A DNA stretch of 64,000 bases from Eledone cirrhosa (taxonomy: Eukaryota), in assembly GCA_964016885.1 (NCBI GenBank), contig OZ024740.1:17980001-18044000 (forward strand), written 5' to 3'. Shown here piece by piece: positions 61,801 to 64,000 of this stretch. The position numbers were made by a program, and so were the translations under genes. How positions within the stretch are numbered: the first letter of the stretch is position 1; every line of letters starts with the position of its first letter. The notes below the pieces were generated by a model. That model did no database searches. It was given only the letters and a program-made list of their open reading frames with translations, and was not told the DNA's origin.

Positions 61801-64000
61801 ATCTAGTCGATATCTATCGGCCAGGTCAAATCAACCGATTAACCCTTTGCGGCTATTACACCCCTCTGTTACGGGACAGGCCCCTACGTAGTCCCAGCGT
61901 GCATCTGGGATACCATTCCAGTCCCCCACTAATAGCAAGGAGCGGGACGTCCCTAGAAAAGTCTCCAGACGATGGAAGAAGTCCGGCCGCATTGACCCGA
62001 AAGGGCCGTAGGCGGCTACCAACCTAAACGCTCCGCCTTCACCACTGCCAAGGTCCAGAACCACTAGTCGACCCTCCGGGTCCAAATGTACCGTCTGTGT
62101 TGCGAGACCTAGATGTTTTTGCAGCAGAACGACAACCCCACCCCCACCTCCGGGCTGACAGAGAGATGCGTGCATCTCAAAGTCATCAAAGGTGGGGGCC
62201 AGCTGTCGCACGTTGCTGATCCGGGCCTCGCAAATAACCATCACATCTATACGTTGTGACCTGAGGTCATTTAGAAGCATTGCTTGCTTCCAAGTTGAGC
62301 CCAGGCCACGCGCATTTAAACAGCCTACTCTTAGCATAGCCATGTTGGTGGTAAAGAGAAAAGGCACTTACCTCTCTGCGTCCCGGGTATCGGGCTGCAC
62401 AATTTCCATGAGGTTGGGGGATGGGTTGTTGGGTGGGGTGGTGGTTTGTGGAAGTGTAGGGGCATCAGTGTGTTGTGTGGTTGGGGTGTTTGGAGTTGTG
62501 TGGGTGTTTGGGAGGGGGTGGGGTAGTTTTTTAGGAGGACGCGGTTAATGGGCCCGACGCAGGGGGGGACCCACGTCCTCTTTAAAGTTGTTTTTGAAAG
62601 TTTTATAAGTGTCCTGTGGGGACCTTAATGATTTTGAGGTGGGGGAATTCCCCTGCCTGTGTGAAGTTAGGCCCTTGGGTTTTTATTGTATTGTTGTTGT
62701 ACACAATGTTTAACAGTTTTTTGTTTCTTGTGTTTATGTATGTGTATGCATGTTTTTGTTTTTGTGTGGTGTTTTTTGTTTGCTGTTGTTGTGAGCTCTT
62801 TTGTGTTGGTGTCAGTGTTATGTTTTGGGGAGGGGTTGTTTTCATTTGTGTGTCTGGGGTGTGTTTTCTTTTTTTTCTTTTGATTGTGTGGAAGTGCTCC
62901 TCCTCGTCTGACGACGAACTAGGGTCATCTTCCGCGTTGGAGGGGAGGGGTATATTTTCGGGTTGTGTTTGCGGTGCGGGTGTTTTGGAAATTGTTTTTT
63001 TTTTGAGTAGGGAGGATGGGTTGGACATTGTTTTGTTTTGGTTTGAGCTGTGGTTGTTGTTTTTGTAGTGGTAGTTGTAGTGATTGTGTTGGTTGTGCAG
63101 TTGTTGGTGGTGTAGGCAGGATTGGGGTTTTCTTATTAAATTGGGGACAGACAGCCCTCAGGTGACCTCTGGTTCCGCAGAGGTAACACGAGGGCCGCCT
63201 ACCCTCAACGGTAATGTTGATGAAAGTTTGATCATCCAGTATGACGCGTTCAGGGATCTGGGCGATCCTTTCGGGCCTCATTTGAACTACAAGTTCGAGG
63301 CTCGTTCCACTGAACGCGTCACCCGATGCCTTTCCCATGGACACCAGCGTGTCATCATCCAGGTTCAGGAAACCTGTCAAAACCCACCATATGTCCATAA
63401 TTGGCAGGATGGTGTGGATTTTTATTTTTTGTGTTCTTCTACCCATGTACGTAGGGTAGAAGGTGTATGCGGTGGATGTGATTGGTTTGATGGACAGTTT
63501 CACTGCTGTGTCCCTGTCCTTCATGAGAATGGATAGACTCCCGTAGAGTCTATCCTTCTGAATGAAGGTGATGTCCTTCATGACGTCTTTTAAAACCAGC
63601 TCTATCTCACTCTGTGATGGTTGAGCTGGTTTTTTGCTTTTATTTGAGATTGTCCTAAACATGACAGTGTTTAGGAGTCTCTGGTTTTTTAGTTCGGGGG
63701 GGGGGGGGGGGGATCTTGAATGAACCATTTTCCCCGAACACTATATATTTTTTGGCATCTGCCAATAGCTCCTTCGCTTTGGTTATATCTACTGGCAGAT
63801 AGTCGAGGGTTTTCCTTGCCGTCTGGGCGAAGGAGACCCTTTCCCTGCTTGTGTTGCTGTTGTAGTTGGTGGTATTGTTGCTATCATTGTTGTTGTTATC
63901 ACAGTTATTGGTCTTGTTGTTGTTGTTATTGTTATTGGTGTTGTTTTCGTCCGTCGCATTGTTGTTGTTGTTGCTGGTGCCGCTGGTTCTTTGGTTTGTT
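58834..64000 (-). mobile_element. L1/Tx1-clade LINE subfamily A with ORF1 and ORF2, frameshifted, running off the window end
   Basis: ORF2 from about 62343 (MAMLRVGCLNARGL) with APE and RT in pieces; ORF1 62925-63728 with zinc knuckle CYLCGTRGHLRAVC; deletion of about 190 bp across the ORF2 stop. Confidence 0.95.

Overview
Repeat-dominated eukaryotic DNA, most likely from an octopod cephalopod (inferred from the SINE and RTE families and the very long (AT)n arrays). No host protein-coding gene could be confirmed. Contents: (1) RTE-clade LINEs, including one near-full-length copy with a PHD-like finger inside the RT region, several 3' fragments and bipartite non-autonomous derivatives. (2) Two Penelope-like elements (PLEs; RT plus GIY-YIG), one split by the RTE insertion and one 5'-truncated with an inverted pLTR. 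(3) Five L1/Tx1-clade LINE copies whose visible ends all lie in (TATC)n or (TACC)n microsatellites. (4) tRNA-derived SINEs, 39-bp and 16-bp minisatellites, kb-scale microsatellites and a 200-N gap. The most striking signal is not in the ORF track. About 18 type I minimal hammerhead-ribozyme motifs, from roughly 10 unrelated sequence families, sit mostly on short pLTR-like islands inside AT microsatellites. Several islands are perfect DNA palindromes, several motifs have non-canonical cores, and one family shows stem covariation. All RNA folds were read by eye and are untested. The long Y/I/C/M-rich ORFs are microsatellite artefacts.
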